The notes below the pieces were generated by a model. That model did not search any database, was not told the DNA's origin, and worked only from the letters and a program-made list of their open reading frames with translations. Position numbers and translations under genes: made by a program. A DNA stretch of 62,145 nt, the filler included, from Porpidia crustulata (taxonomy: Eukaryota): the NCBI GenBank assembly GCA_964255105.1. It is 12 parts of 12 records of this genome, joined end to end, with 100 filler letters (N's around TTAATTAATTAA, not from the genome) between each part and the next. Parts side by side here need not be neighbours in the genome. Positions count along the whole stretch, not along the records: positions 46,730 to 51,802 come from CAXUWE010001915.1; positions 51,903 to 56,974 come from CAXUWE010001916.1; positions 57,075 to 62,145 come from CAXUWE010001917.1; 9 more parts are not named here. One strand, 5' to 3'. This document shows positions 50,686 through 62,145 of the stretch, piece after piece (positions within the stretch are counted from its first letter, which is position 1; the number at the start of each line of letters is the position of its first letter).

Positions 50686-51609
50686 ATGACATCAAATGCC
50701 ACGGAAGAGAAATATACTCAAGCAAGCGAGCTCACCAACGATACTGTTGACCGACTCGAGTCTGGTCTCCGTTCGCGTGGATTCGAGTGCTTGGCTGATA
50801 GAGATAGAAGCCACCGCAATACCAAATCCCCTCTGTTGAAACTTCCCAACGAACTCAGGACCATGATCTACAAATACGTCTGCGGCGGCGAGGTTGTCCA
50901 CGTATCCTCCGTGCGCCGCAAAGAATCAGCATCCAGCGTTCTCTTGTACATCTGTCGCAACCCAAAGCCCCTGACCCCTAGCCAAGAATACGTCAAACAC
51001 GGCCACGGCGCTGAGTCATGCGAATGTATGTTCCTGGACGTGGACGCCGAGCATCGGATGTGCTTTTCAAAACGGCACGAGACCGGCTCGCCTTATACCC
51101 GCGGCAAGGGATTGATCCTCGCCTGTTCGCAGACCTTCAGAGAGGTTGTCTTTATCCCGTTTACCGCAAACACATTCTGCTTCATGAAACCGCAGGATAT
51201 CGATCGGTTCTGGGGCACCTTGTCGTGCGAAGGCAAGCGCGCCCTGCGCAGCGTTCACTTGTACGTCAACATCGGCCGCGTCTACGCCCAACACCGCTGG
51301 AACCGGCTTTTCACCACCGGCGTCCTGGCCGAGTTCAACGGCCTGCGCCGTCTGAGCATCTCGATCTGCCGCAAGCATTACCACTGGACCGAAAGGATAG
51401 TGATGAGCCCGGGCCCTTATCATCTCTTCGGGTTTCTTGACTGGTATACGAGTCGCTTGCCAGTCGTCCAGTTTGCGCGCGTGGAGATTTTGGCGGTGGA
51501 GCGGGAGCGGCTGGCTCGGGTGGGCTTCGAGGATACGGAGCTGGAGGTGAAGTTGGCGCGGCTGTGGTGCGATATTTTGGAGAAGAAGTTGATGGGATTG
51601 GACTTTTGA
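50686..51609 (+). CDS. Fungal hypothetical protein with an F-box-like N-terminal motif
   Basis: 307-aa ORF; SPLLKLPNELRTMIYKYVCGG; ILACSQTFRE...FTANTFCF; ALRSVHL. Confidence 0.7.
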   Translation: MTSNATEEKYTQASELTNDTVDRLESGLRSRGFECLADRDRSHRNTKSPLLKLPNELRTMIYKYVCGGEVVHVSSVRRKESASSVLLYICRNPKPLTPSQEYVKHGHGAESCECMFLDVDAEHRMCFSKRHETGSPYTRGKGLILACSQTFREVVFIPFTANTFCFMKPQDIDRFWGTLSCEGKRALRSVHLYVNIGRVYAQHRWNRLFTTGVLAEFNGLRRLSISICRKHYHWTERIVMSPGPYHLFGFLDWYTSRLPVVQFARVEILAVERERLARVGFEDTELEVKLARLWCDILEKKLMGLDF

Positions 51610-52485
51610 ATGGTGACTGTATTGGCGTAGGGTATGAGGAGGCCCCTGGGGTGGTCGGAACAGTGATAGTTGGGGCGTGATGAGAAGGTATTTCCGGCGT
51701 TCGTTATTCGATACAAGTCGAATAGAGATTTTCATTCACACGTACGCTCATACAAAGTTCCTCCCTCGCCCCTCGCTCCTCAACCAACGACACAAATTCC
51801 ACNNNNNNNNNNNNNNNNNNNNNNNNNNNNNNNNNNNNNNNNNNNNTTAATTAATTAANNNNNNNNNNNNNNNNNNNNNNNNNNNNNNNNNNNNNNNNNN
51901 NNTTCCCCAACCATCACCACCAGCAGCACCAAGCAACCCCTCCCGCTTCCAAACCCCAACGCCCTCTCAAAAATCCTCTATCCCGATCTTCTCAAAGGCA
52001 AAAATCAGAAATTAGGAAGCGCAATTAGAAAGCGAGATGAGATGAGATGAACGTGAGATGGGATGAGGGTTGGGATGAGGTGGCGAGGTCCAGGTTGAGA
52101 TGGGAGATTTACTGGAAGAGAAGTCGTAGGCATGGCAGGGGATGACCAGGTTCGAAAGTGAGAAAGTTTATCGGTAATCGAGGGTTTTTGAGACGGGATG
52201 GAGGAAAGGGATTGGGGTTTTGGGCGAGGACGTCGGCCTGCCTGCTTGCTTGTATTGGCTGGCTGTTGGAATTCCATTATCGAAGCCTTAGGCTTTTAGT
52301 TTTTTTGAAAAAATGGGATGATGGGATGATGGAGGTGAGTTTTGGGTGGGATGGGATTTTATTCGTCAACGGAAAATGATGGTATGGAGAGTGTATTATG
52401 AAAGTGCTAATATTTACATTGTATTTGGTATTAAGTCTTTATACGTACGTCTACAACGCCAACGCTATGCGCAATACCAGCCATC

Positions 52486-55400
52486 TCAACCATTTTGACC
52501 CTTGCCCCTGCCTCCGAACTTCTCCCTCCACGCCCATCGCGTCCTCTTCGCTTTCAGCAACAGATACGCCAACGCCCGATACACGACCACGCATACGCCC
52601 AGCGCCACGAGGTTCAGCCCCGCGTCCGCGTCTAGATTATACAACCGTAGCGCTTCCTCGCCCGTATTTATGGGGCACGCTCCGCTCGGCAGCTTCTGAA
52701 ATTCCGTGCACGTAAACACGACGCCGCGGAGCGTGTATGGCGCAAGGTTGCCGAGACTCCACTTGATCGGGCTGAGGTGGTTGAAGGCCTGGAGGAAGGC
52801 GGGGATGTTGAGGGACATGATGCCGCCCATGACGGTGGCGATGGATAGGAGGACCGAGGTCAGGTTGACGGCGAAGCCGGTGTGGGCGACGAGGGTGTTG
52901 AAGATGATGCCGAGGCTTTCGCCGCAGGAGACAACAGCGAAGATGTTGAAAGCGACGATGAAGAAGAGGCTGGCCGAGCGGTGGAGGCCGCCGGCGAAGA
53001 CGGTGAGCACGGCGGAGAGCAGGGAGGTGAGGATCTCAAAGGGGATTTCGGCAGTGGTGTACTGCAGGAAGAAGGCTTCGACGCTGTAAGCGCCGTCGTC
53101 GTGTTCGCGGTAGAAGACCTGCTTTTCATCCGGGTAGACGGCGACGTTTTGGAGCATGCCGACAAAATACAAAGCAGCGAATTCTTGGATGAAGCCGAAG
53201 CGGGTTTGCACACTGTAGTAGTCGCGTTTGAGGGGGGCGAAGAATAATGTAAGGATGATGGTGAAGCCGAGGACCTGGGTGGTTCGTGCGACGATGGAAG
53301 GGGGGTTACGGCGGAAATTGATAAAGCTGCGGTGGAGGAGGATGGGGAAGGCAACGCGGAAGGGTGTCATGGCGCGAGCAAGACTACCGAGTTGAGCTGG
53401 CGTGTCAATGTGTGAGGTTGAGCGCTGTATATTCGGCTGGGTTTTATCCCAGTCCAAGATCAGCGAGCGGACTTTTTCTCTAGTGGCGGCTTCTTTGGTC
53501 GAGTGTTGGAGGTCCACGGTAATTAGATCTAAGGCAAAATCAGCCGGATTAGTCGCAGTGGGGCAGTCGTACCCCAAGGAGGCGAAATAGGGGAGCATGA
53601 GAGATCCTTTTCCGGCATATGCAGGGGAGCCGCCTCTAGCTAAAAGGAGAACATTGCCGAAGTGTTTGAAAAGATCGGAGCGCGATTGATGGATAGTGAG
53701 AATCAGTGTTCGGCCTTCTTCTGCGAGTCCTTTCAAAACATCGATGATAGATGATGCAGTAAAGGCGTCAAGACCCGAGGTAGGTTCATCCAACAGAAGA
53801 ACCCGCGGATCGGTCAAAATTTGCGTCGCTATAGTGACACGACGCTTTTCACCACCACTTATACCCTTGACCAAGTCGCTACCGACGAGGTTATCAGCAC
53901 AATCGCGGAGCCCTAGCTTTAGCAACACAGATTCTGCCCGCTGCATCTTCTCACTTCTGGACATATGAGTGGGTAAGCGGAGTCCAGCAGCAAAGCGAAG
54001 GTTCTCTCTAACAGTGAGGTACGGAAGGAGGGAATCGTCGTCTTGGCACACATAAGAACAGATCGAGCCAACAACGGTTTCGGAAGGGAGAGCCCCATTG
54101 AAAAACATGTCCCCGTCTGCCTCATATTTTGTCGATATAGAGTTGTTGAGACGTCGAGCCATAAGATTGAGTAGCGAGGTTTTTCCACTCTACTGCTTGT
54201 CAGTATTCGACGGGGAACCTATGAGACCAAAGAGTGGGAGCATACCCCGGAAGGACCCATTATGATGTTCAGCAAGCCAGGTTCGAATCTGGTATTAATA
54301 GGCTTTAAAATCGAAAGTCTCGTTGTTTTCCTGAATAGCAGGCTGCGTTTCTGAATGTCAAGACTGTAATTCTGCAGCACGATATCTACCGTTCGCACTT
54401 CTTTCAATGAGCGAGCTTTCAAACTCTCCTTTCCGGCCGATTGGTCTACCTCGTTCTTCTGAGCTCTCGAAATGCTCATTTCAACCTTCCAAAATTGTAA
54501 GATAAGGGCTGCACCAAGGTAAAACGCAATCACGAACGCTAGAAGTATGATGATTGGGCGAATAATCCAGTCAGAAGGGAAGCCAAGGGACTCCATTATA
54601 TATGCCCCAGTATACTGCTTACAAGCCGGATTCGCAGTACCACTAGACGCTGGACAGTCGTAAAGCTGGCCAGCGGGATCTGCAGTATGACCGACGAACT
54701 CATTGGCTGCCAGCGCCCCAAAAGCATAGAATACGTAGGCAGTCCACTACCAGGCGTAGTCGTCAGCATATCACTTGTTCGTCTAAGACAGTATAGCTTA
54801 CTTTAAACCATCGAACATAGACTGGTATCTGATTTGACTGCACAAAATATCCACAAGCCAAGCTCTGAATGGTATACGCCATGTTTGCAATCAAAGATGC
54901 TCCAGCAAAATTTCTGGAAACGGCCACGCACAATGTAGCGAGTGTGACAGCTATGTATTGGCTTACAAGCGTAACGGCAAAAAACGTGAAGAATTGGCTT
55001 GCGAGTGGTCTAAAGCCCGCCATAAAGTAATATATGATAGAGAATAGAAGTGGAACAGGAACGTCTTCGATAAAAACACGAGCCAGCCGGCGGCTGATCA
55101 AGAATGCAGGCACACTCACAACGGCCTCAGCGTTCTCTCGATCAAAGAGTTGAATATCAATAGTAAGTCGGTAGGTTTCAAAGAGAAGAATTAGATATCC
55201 TTGAAATGATGCAGCAGTGTAGAGTGCTCCTTCTTTGCTACGTATACCTTGCAGACTACCGTCTAGACGAAGGAATATCCAGCCCGTTATAATGGCCATG
55301 CTAGTGGCTTCTAATAAAGAGCCTGCCATCCCCATAGGATCTCTATATGTGGTTTTTATCGTCCGTGCTGTAAGGACCTTTATCTGGCGCATCAATGTTG

Positions 55401-56514
55401 ACCTCTGACTCTTCGATTGGTTAACAGGTTCATACACGCTGTTTTGGTCTTTCTCGTCAATTAGACGAGACACTCGAGCTTCCGAGGCTCGCCATGCTTG
55501 TTTCAGGCTATCAACGCGCTCAATTGACGCTGCCTCAAGCTCGGTAGAGCGATTGTCAACAGCTGCCAGATCAATCAAATGTTCTGCCGGATTAACAAAA
55601 GCAGGAAGACTATAGCCCAGATTGTCAAAGTAGGGTAGACAGTCACTCAATGGTCCACTGTATATTGGCGAACCTCCTGTCAGTAGTATGAGATTGTCGA
55701 ATAGTCCCCATATCTCAGATCTTGGTTGATGTATTGTGACAATTATTGTCCGACCCTTTGCTGCTAATGCTTTGAGGGTCCGTATCAGTTGGAAGGCGCT
55801 GGTAGCGTCAAGGCCCGTTGTCACCTCATCAAGGAACAAAACCGAAGGGTTCGACAGCATTTGTACCCCTAAACTTGTTCGTCGCTTCTCGCCGCCAGAA
55901 CAACCCTTATGGATGTGGCTTCCAATCCTAGTATTTGCACACTCCTTTAAACCAAGTTCTAGTATCACGTCTTCCACTACGCGATGTCTCTCTTCAGAAG
56001 AAGTGGGCGGTGGAAGTCGTAATTCTGCAGCATAAAGCAGTGTCTCCCGGACCGTCAGCGTAGGTAGCAAGACATCCTGCTGCATAACATAGGCACTTCG
56101 GATGGCTGATATCCTCGGTGTTCCATTGAATAGAATATCTCCAGCGGTTACCAATCTGCCTCCACCAATCCAATGGGCTAACGTATTTAACATTGTAGTC
56201 TTTCCACTTCCACTGCTACCAAGTATGGCGGTCAAGCTCCCACTTGGCATGACTGTGCTGACATTGTCAAGAATGGTTTTGAATTCCTTTTCTTGCCGAC
56301 TGGTCTTCTTCCGGAAGGAGTCTTTGAAAGCTAGAAATCCGCTTGGAGAAACATCAATTCGGACGGACAGACTTGTGATGCGGACACTGACGGCATCGAC
56401 AGCCCGGAAAGAGAGATTATTAACATCATTTTCAGGACCGAGAGTTCTCGAGGGTAAATCATGCTCCGGAGGCGAGGATGTTGATTCGACCTCTGGTTCA
56501 ACCTCTTTACTCAT
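52486..56514 (-). CDS. Full-size ABCG transporter (NBD-TMD)x2, YOL075C-like
   Basis: Walker A GSSGSGKTT and GPSG|SGKTS; signatures CSGGEKRR and ISGGEKRR; Walker B LFLDEVTTGLD and LLLDEPTSGLD; two membrane domains; two introns. Confidence 0.95.
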
Positions 56515-56817
56515 TATGTGAAATGGGTGATAGATACAGCTGAGGGAAGAATCCGCTGTGCAAGAGCGAGAGAAAAAGAGAGTGGAGCTGCACACTGGAA
56601 GCCTTCCATTGCAGTCATTGGGCGTAAGCAGCGCGCACGCTGTAGAGCTTACCTCTGCATTTTGCTGGACAATTGACCATGGTCGGGATCTTTAATATCC
56701 GAGGTAGAGGTCCGCCTTCATAGATAGCCTATACTTGCCAAATCTTAGAAGCTTAATCTAGAGCTTCGAATTGAAAGATGGAGCAAGGGAAACATTCATT
56801 TCCAGCGGATTCAGAAT

Positions 56818-56974
56818 ATGCCTTCCTTACGAGTCTCTCCTCCTCCGAGTCCATTTGCTCCGTCAGGCTTGACGCCACAGCAACTAGACACCTACAACAA
56901 GGACGGCTACCTTATCCTCCCCTCCGCCCACTCCCCCGCAACCACCCCCGCTCTTCTTGCAGAAACAAATAAGA
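56818..56974 (+). CDS. Phytanoyl-CoA dioxygenase (PhyH)-like N-terminus (truncated)
   Basis: GLTPQQLDTYNKDGYLILP resembles the typical PhyH-family N-terminal motif LT.EQ...F...GYL. Confidence 0.55.
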
Positions 56975-57428
56975 NNNNNNNNNNNNNNNNNNNNNNNNNN
57001 NNNNNNNNNNNNNNNNNNTTAATTAATTAANNNNNNNNNNNNNNNNNNNNNNNNNNNNNNNNNNNNNNNNNNNNCCCTATCCCCTTACCCGAGTCCCTAC
57101 CTAGCTTCTTCCCCCAATTCAATTGACCTAAACAATGCAAGATAAAGTCTAGGTAAGGTACCCTCGAAAACCCTCGCTTAGCCCCCGGATGATAGGGAGC
57201 GCGTTTACCCGCTTGCGAGGACGAGGAAGATTTGGAAAAGAAGGAGGAAAAATATGAAGACAGCGGGCATGCTGCAGAAGGTTTCCGAACCCAAAAGGCT
57301 TTGCCCATGACTCTTTGAGACCCGGAATGTATGAAAGTCGTGGTTCCCTTATATTGGAAAGAAGGAGAAGGTATGTTTTATTGATAGCCCACAATCCGCG
57401 TCCCCAACATGTTACAAGTACTTTTTTA

Positions 57429-60115
57429 TTATCCGGCGCGTGGGACGTTTGGGTTGGAGTTGTGGCGGGACATTATAGGGGGCGTTGCAATGCCACTGCC
57501 GCCGCCGGATCCGTTTCGTTCGGGGCGGGGTTGGCCGGAGGCTATTCGGGGGTCTTCTGATGATTGGGGGTACTTCAAGTTGACATTTAGCATTTCGTGA
57601 TGGTGAAATAGATGTGGGAGGGTGATAAGTCACTGCCAGCGAGCACTTACCGAGTTCTGCCTGTCAGGTTCGCGTGGTCTTCTTTGATCTCTTCCCATGC
57701 CGCCCTCATCCTGAATCTTCAACACTTCGAGCTTGCCCTGTGTCGTCGGGTCCACTTCGTCTATCCGCATTGGCGCATTGACTTTCGGACCTCTATGGGG
57801 ATTGTACGATAACGGTATTGCGCCCGATTGGCTGTCCCTCCTTCGATTGGCTTGCTCAGCAAGCTGATCCCATTTATCTTGTCGAGCTTGTTGTCGTTGG
57901 TCGGCGGTATTCTGTAGCTCTGTATAATCATGGGAGCAGTCATCGAATAGTTGAGGATTGATTTCCATGAAAAGTTTCATTGCGTTGTAGACCATGCCGT
58001 GTATAGTTCTGTGCAGTCAGTCATATTGGCCTGGATTGGAAAGAAAGTATAAGCAAACCTATTCCAATGCCCTTTTGAATTCTCGTACAACGGGGCAAAC
58101 ATGATAGGCAGGATGACCTCGACATTGTCGCTGATGAGATTACAGAAATACTCGTTGTTCCAAAAGTACAGAGCCCTTTCTGCTACCTATGGTATACGCG
58201 TTAGCAAATGGGACCCCGACCTGAGGTATGGCAAATGTACCTGAAAATGAGGGCTTGCAACAGATTTGGCCAGTTGATTAAACAGAGGCTCCTGTACTTT
58301 TGCGAATTCCGCCGGATCCATCACTTCGAAAATGTCTTCAACTTCATTGAGAAACATGACTTCTTTGGTACTGTTGACCTTCGGCCAATACCTCAGTAGG
58401 CCAAGGACGACCTAGCGACGGTTATCAGCTAGGATTAGTTTAATTGGATGACTTCCTCACCTCCTCTGTCAGAACAGCATCTTTTTCTAAAAATTGGACT
58501 ATACAATACGCCAGCTGTGGGTGATACATGCTCAGACTTTTTACCTTGTGTAGGGGAATCAGAACTCTTGTGAGAAACAACTTGTGCTCTTCCTTTAGTG
58601 GAAGCGCGAATCCATTGATGATTGACCCTAGAATTTCTAAAAGCTCGGCGATACCGTTGAATCGTTCCGTCTCGTAGGTGAATTGAAAGAAGACATTGTT
58701 TATCGACCGACGTATGTACGAACGTAAGTTCAAGAATTTGCCATATATTCGATGAAGAGTGGTTTTGAGAAAATCTCGTTCTCGAGGATCTTCTGAATCA
58801 AAGAGTTCAAGGAGCTGATATGGAATTAACAGAGTACGGAGAGGATTCGATATCATTAAATTACCTGAAGCACAAATTTATGATCTATAAAGCCTTTTGC
58901 TATGTTCGTATTGAAGTCTTGGCTTTCAATAAACCGTAGAAAGAATTCGTATACAACCTGTATGTGAGGCCATGCAACTTCCAGTACCGGTTCATCCTCT
59001 TCGGGATCAAAGGCTTCTCCTTGAGGATTCATAGGTGGCGGTATTGGACGGAAAAGATTTTTGCTAAACATGTCAACAACCCGTGGATACATTGGCTCGG
59101 TAATGACCTGTCGATTATTCGCAACGTAATCAAGCAATTCGTGGAGCGCTAGCCGCTTTATCTCCTTCGACTTCATATCTCCACTAGTGTCATTGAAGTC
59201 GAAAATTATATTGCATTGATCAATCTTCTGCATGAATAGCTCTTGCCTTCGATTTGGAGGTACTTCGTGGAAACCAGGAAGCTTCTCCAGTTCTCTCTGA
59301 CGCTGATCTGAAATGTCAAATCTTGACGAGTGTTGCCGTTTTGGCGTCCTGATCCCCTCGGGCACATCTTTGGGGGTAGACGATAGTCGATCGAATCCAA
59401 TCGATTTTGTCCCGGCCCTAGGAGGAGCTAAATCGCCAGGCATAGTCTCCGCAGAACCAGGGGGTGGAATATGCTAAAGCCTCACATTAGCTCAAGTATC
59501 TAATGTAACAGAGTGATGTCTCGGAAATCAAAGAAAAAACTTGAATTCCTTGCTTTTACGTTCAACAGAGAAAGAGGGGCACCTACAGGCGCACTGCTAG
59601 GACTGATGACAACGCTTGGTGCCAGACCATGACCCGATCTTGTAGGTGTACCTGGGCCTCCAGCACTACCGTGAGAGCCCGTTCCTCCCATGATCCCCAG
59701 CTGAGAAGGTATGAAAGGCTGCCCAGACGGCAATGTGTTGGGGGTACCTTGCTGGGATCCATGATGGGGATTGCCAACGGTTGAGCTCAGTGGGCCATTC
59801 TCTCCAGGGGGTAATGGCTTGTTTCTCAAATCGTTCAACGCCGTTGAAGACCCTGTTGGTGTGCCATGATTCGAGGATCCAGGAGATTGTGCATTGCCGG
59901 TAGGCGCCGAACTTGAGCTTTGAGAGGGCGAGGCAGTACCCGAATTTGAGTCCTTTTTGTTCTTTGATGTCTTATTTGAATCTTTGGCACGCGAAAGCTG
60001 CTCGTGCTGACTGCGTTAGCAAAGACTCGATCATGATAGCTCGTTTGATGCCCGGCGGCCAAAGGGTGTAAAGCTTGACAGGGTCTCATACTACTCTTTG
60101 CCTGAAGCCCTTCAT
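57429..60115 (-). CDS. RTS1: PP2A regulatory subunit B56/B' (Rts1/Par1/ParA)
   Basis: [96 protein letters not shown]. The last exon is inferred. Confidence 0.96.
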
Positions 60116-60944
60116 GTCTATCGGCATCTGGTGGAATATTCCTTGAGTGGGTGCCTTGCGTGAATGTGCTCAATTGTGAAGTGGCAACCTCTGCGCTTGT
60201 TGTTTATCGAGCAACCGCCGTTGCTTTCGCGGTCCTGAGTCGTGCCAGCTTGCAGGCAATCGATCGAACGTACTTCTATATCTCTGCTACTGCAACTGCC
60301 AGCGGTCCGTCGTTAAAACATGTCGGACGAGATAGCCACTTGAGTAGCGTGTTGATTGGTCTATGTCAACAGAGCCCCTCTCTTAGACCTGTCAGAACCG
60401 CCGAGGTCTCGAAGAGACGTGTATCTACAAGGCGCAGCGACAGAACAATGTAGACGACTGATCTGGGATTCGTAGGCTGGTTTGAATCCGATTATATCTC
60501 TAATATAAATGTTCAAGTCGATGGAGGTTGGAGTCCAATGCGACTTGGCGGTTAAGCTAAGTTGATGCCAAGCAAATGCGGGAAGAGGCTGCGGGGCGTT
60601 TGTCGAAAGTCGTGAAACATCTTCCACCAACACTCGCCGAATACACTGGAGTCACACTTGTGTTAGATGCGAGGGCATGAAGATTGAGGACAACTACAAG
60701 GGCTGGGAAGAAGAACAGATGCGAATTTTTGACTCTTGGCCATCTTCTTCAGAATCTCAAGCGCTGATATTCCAGTCTCCTCGCTTAGCCAACACCCTTG
60801 TCACCTTTAGTGGTTTATATCGCGCTACCGGTCGCCGTAGGGTGCTTAGCGCAGCCTAAAGTCCTTGATTCAAGTCAATGTCCTACAAATACGGATCCTC
60901 AATATATCGACTCTTTCGAAATCTTGACAGTATCTCTACTCGAA

Positions 60945-62145
60945 ATGGCCGGAGGATTGAATGATGGGTCTACGAGACTACATACTTCACGCTTTGCACG
61001 GTCATATAATGTGCCTGATCGGCTCATCGTAAATGTCGAGCATCCTTGCATAATCAAAAACATTGAAAAAGGGGTTGAATCCCTTGGAGGCGAAAGTAAA
61101 ATTCAGAAAGTAAGTACATCGCTACAGAGATATTGGTACGTAATTAATCTGTGTTTTTAGTTGGTTCAAGACGATACCTCAAGTAGGATCGCGAGTCTTT
61201 ATTTACACCCAGGAGATAGGAACAGTAAACCAACGACTTCCAACATCGTGGAAACAAACAACATTGTCCTAAAGATCACTGTGCCCAAACGGACTGGTCG
61301 CAAACGGAAGAGAGGATCCTCTGACTCCTATCATGAGGTTACCGGAGAATCCCAAGGACAGCCCCCGCTAACATCAAGAGACACACGCTCATTACTTCGG
61401 AGTCTCCAAGATAATGTGGGCAAGTATGACATCCAGCCCGTGGGCTATATTCATGAGACTCATCGCTTTCGTAGTGAGTGAAGTGTATACAGTCATGCCT
61501 AAATAACTTGTCTGCTAATAAAATTTGTAGTTATGCCTGATTTTGTCACATCAACGGCTGGTCCGAACAACGTGTTCATGCAGAAAATGAGAGATAACAT
61601 CTTGCCATTCGAATGTACGCTCAATCTCAAGTCTAGTCCTCTACCTCAACTAACCACTTCTAGACGAGAAACTCAAGAATTTTAAATTCGACATGAGTAA
61701 AGGAGTGAAACCCAACACCGAGCTAATCGCCCCACCTAGCTGGTCCCATTTGTCCATCCCCTTTAATTACATGTACAAGCAAAACCCCCTTGTGCAGCAA
61801 CTCCTCGACCCCCAAGGCAAAGCCACAATGGTCAACGTCTCCGCTAATCTTAAATTCTCCAACCATCCTGTCCCTTACGACATCGCCGTAGTCCCTACGG
61901 GCCCAACCACCGATCACCCTCCCTTCGAATCTCTGGAAAAAGCACTACAGGGTCTCATCGAAGAAGCTCGGGCTCTTTTCGAGAAGAGACCCGCATGGAC
62001 CCGCCGGGCTCTGCGCAATAACCTCTCGGCCGAAGCCTGGAACAAAGTCGGCCCGAACAGCGCCCGATACATCTACCAGTACGTGGGCTACATGTTCATC
62101 TCTGGCCCCTGGCGCGACGCCATCATCAAATTCGGCCTCGACCCC
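60945..62145 (+). CDS. TFC1: RNA polymerase III factor TFIIIC subunit Tfc1/Sfc1 (tau95), 3' truncated
   Basis: VEHPCIIKNIEKGVESLGG; NNIVLKITVPKRTGRKRKRGS; THRFR|..MPDF; RPAWTRRAL; GYMFISGPWRDAIIKFGLDP. Confidence 0.9.

Noticed and set aside
54275..54295. GGTTCGAATC resembling a tRNA T-loop/B-box
   Set aside because: It lies within an ABC transporter exon and has no cloverleaf around it; I recognised no tRNA or rRNA in the window.

Overview
Intron-rich filamentous-ascomycete (Pezizomycotina) nuclear DNA; a lichen-forming lineage is possible but is only a guess. The window is not one locus. It is 12 unrelated contigs of about 5.1 kb, sorted by decreasing length and joined by 100-nt artificial linkers (N44-TTAATTAATTAA-N44), so neighbourhoods only count within a contig and many genes are cut off. 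Recognisable genes: AreB/Asd-4 C-terminus, Serinc/Tms1, Mch1-like MFS, an Atg38/NRBF2-like MIT protein, a GRAM/VASt sterol-transfer protein, RNR small subunit, Oac1, Swd2, an MBD4-like glycosylase, a fructosamine-kinase pseudogene, vanadium chloroperoxidase, a small membrane protein, Rpl11, MedA, polyamine oxidase, a PARP-UBC fusion, RNase T2, Mgm101, Bpl1, an F-box-like protein, a full-size ABCG transporter, a PhyH fragment, PP2A-B56 and Tfc1. There is also a solo LTR with a 5-bp target-site duplication. The best candidates for new biology are: (1) a possible programmed -1 ribosomal frameshift (G_GAU_UUU plus hairpin) joining a long N-terminal region to the MBD4-like glycosylase; (2) a spliced, CUG-initiated N-terminal extension of MedA; (3) MluI/MCB boxes clustered in RNR2 introns; (4) three tandem palindromic units in the solo LTR. 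All calls come from reading motifs by eye; no database searches were run.
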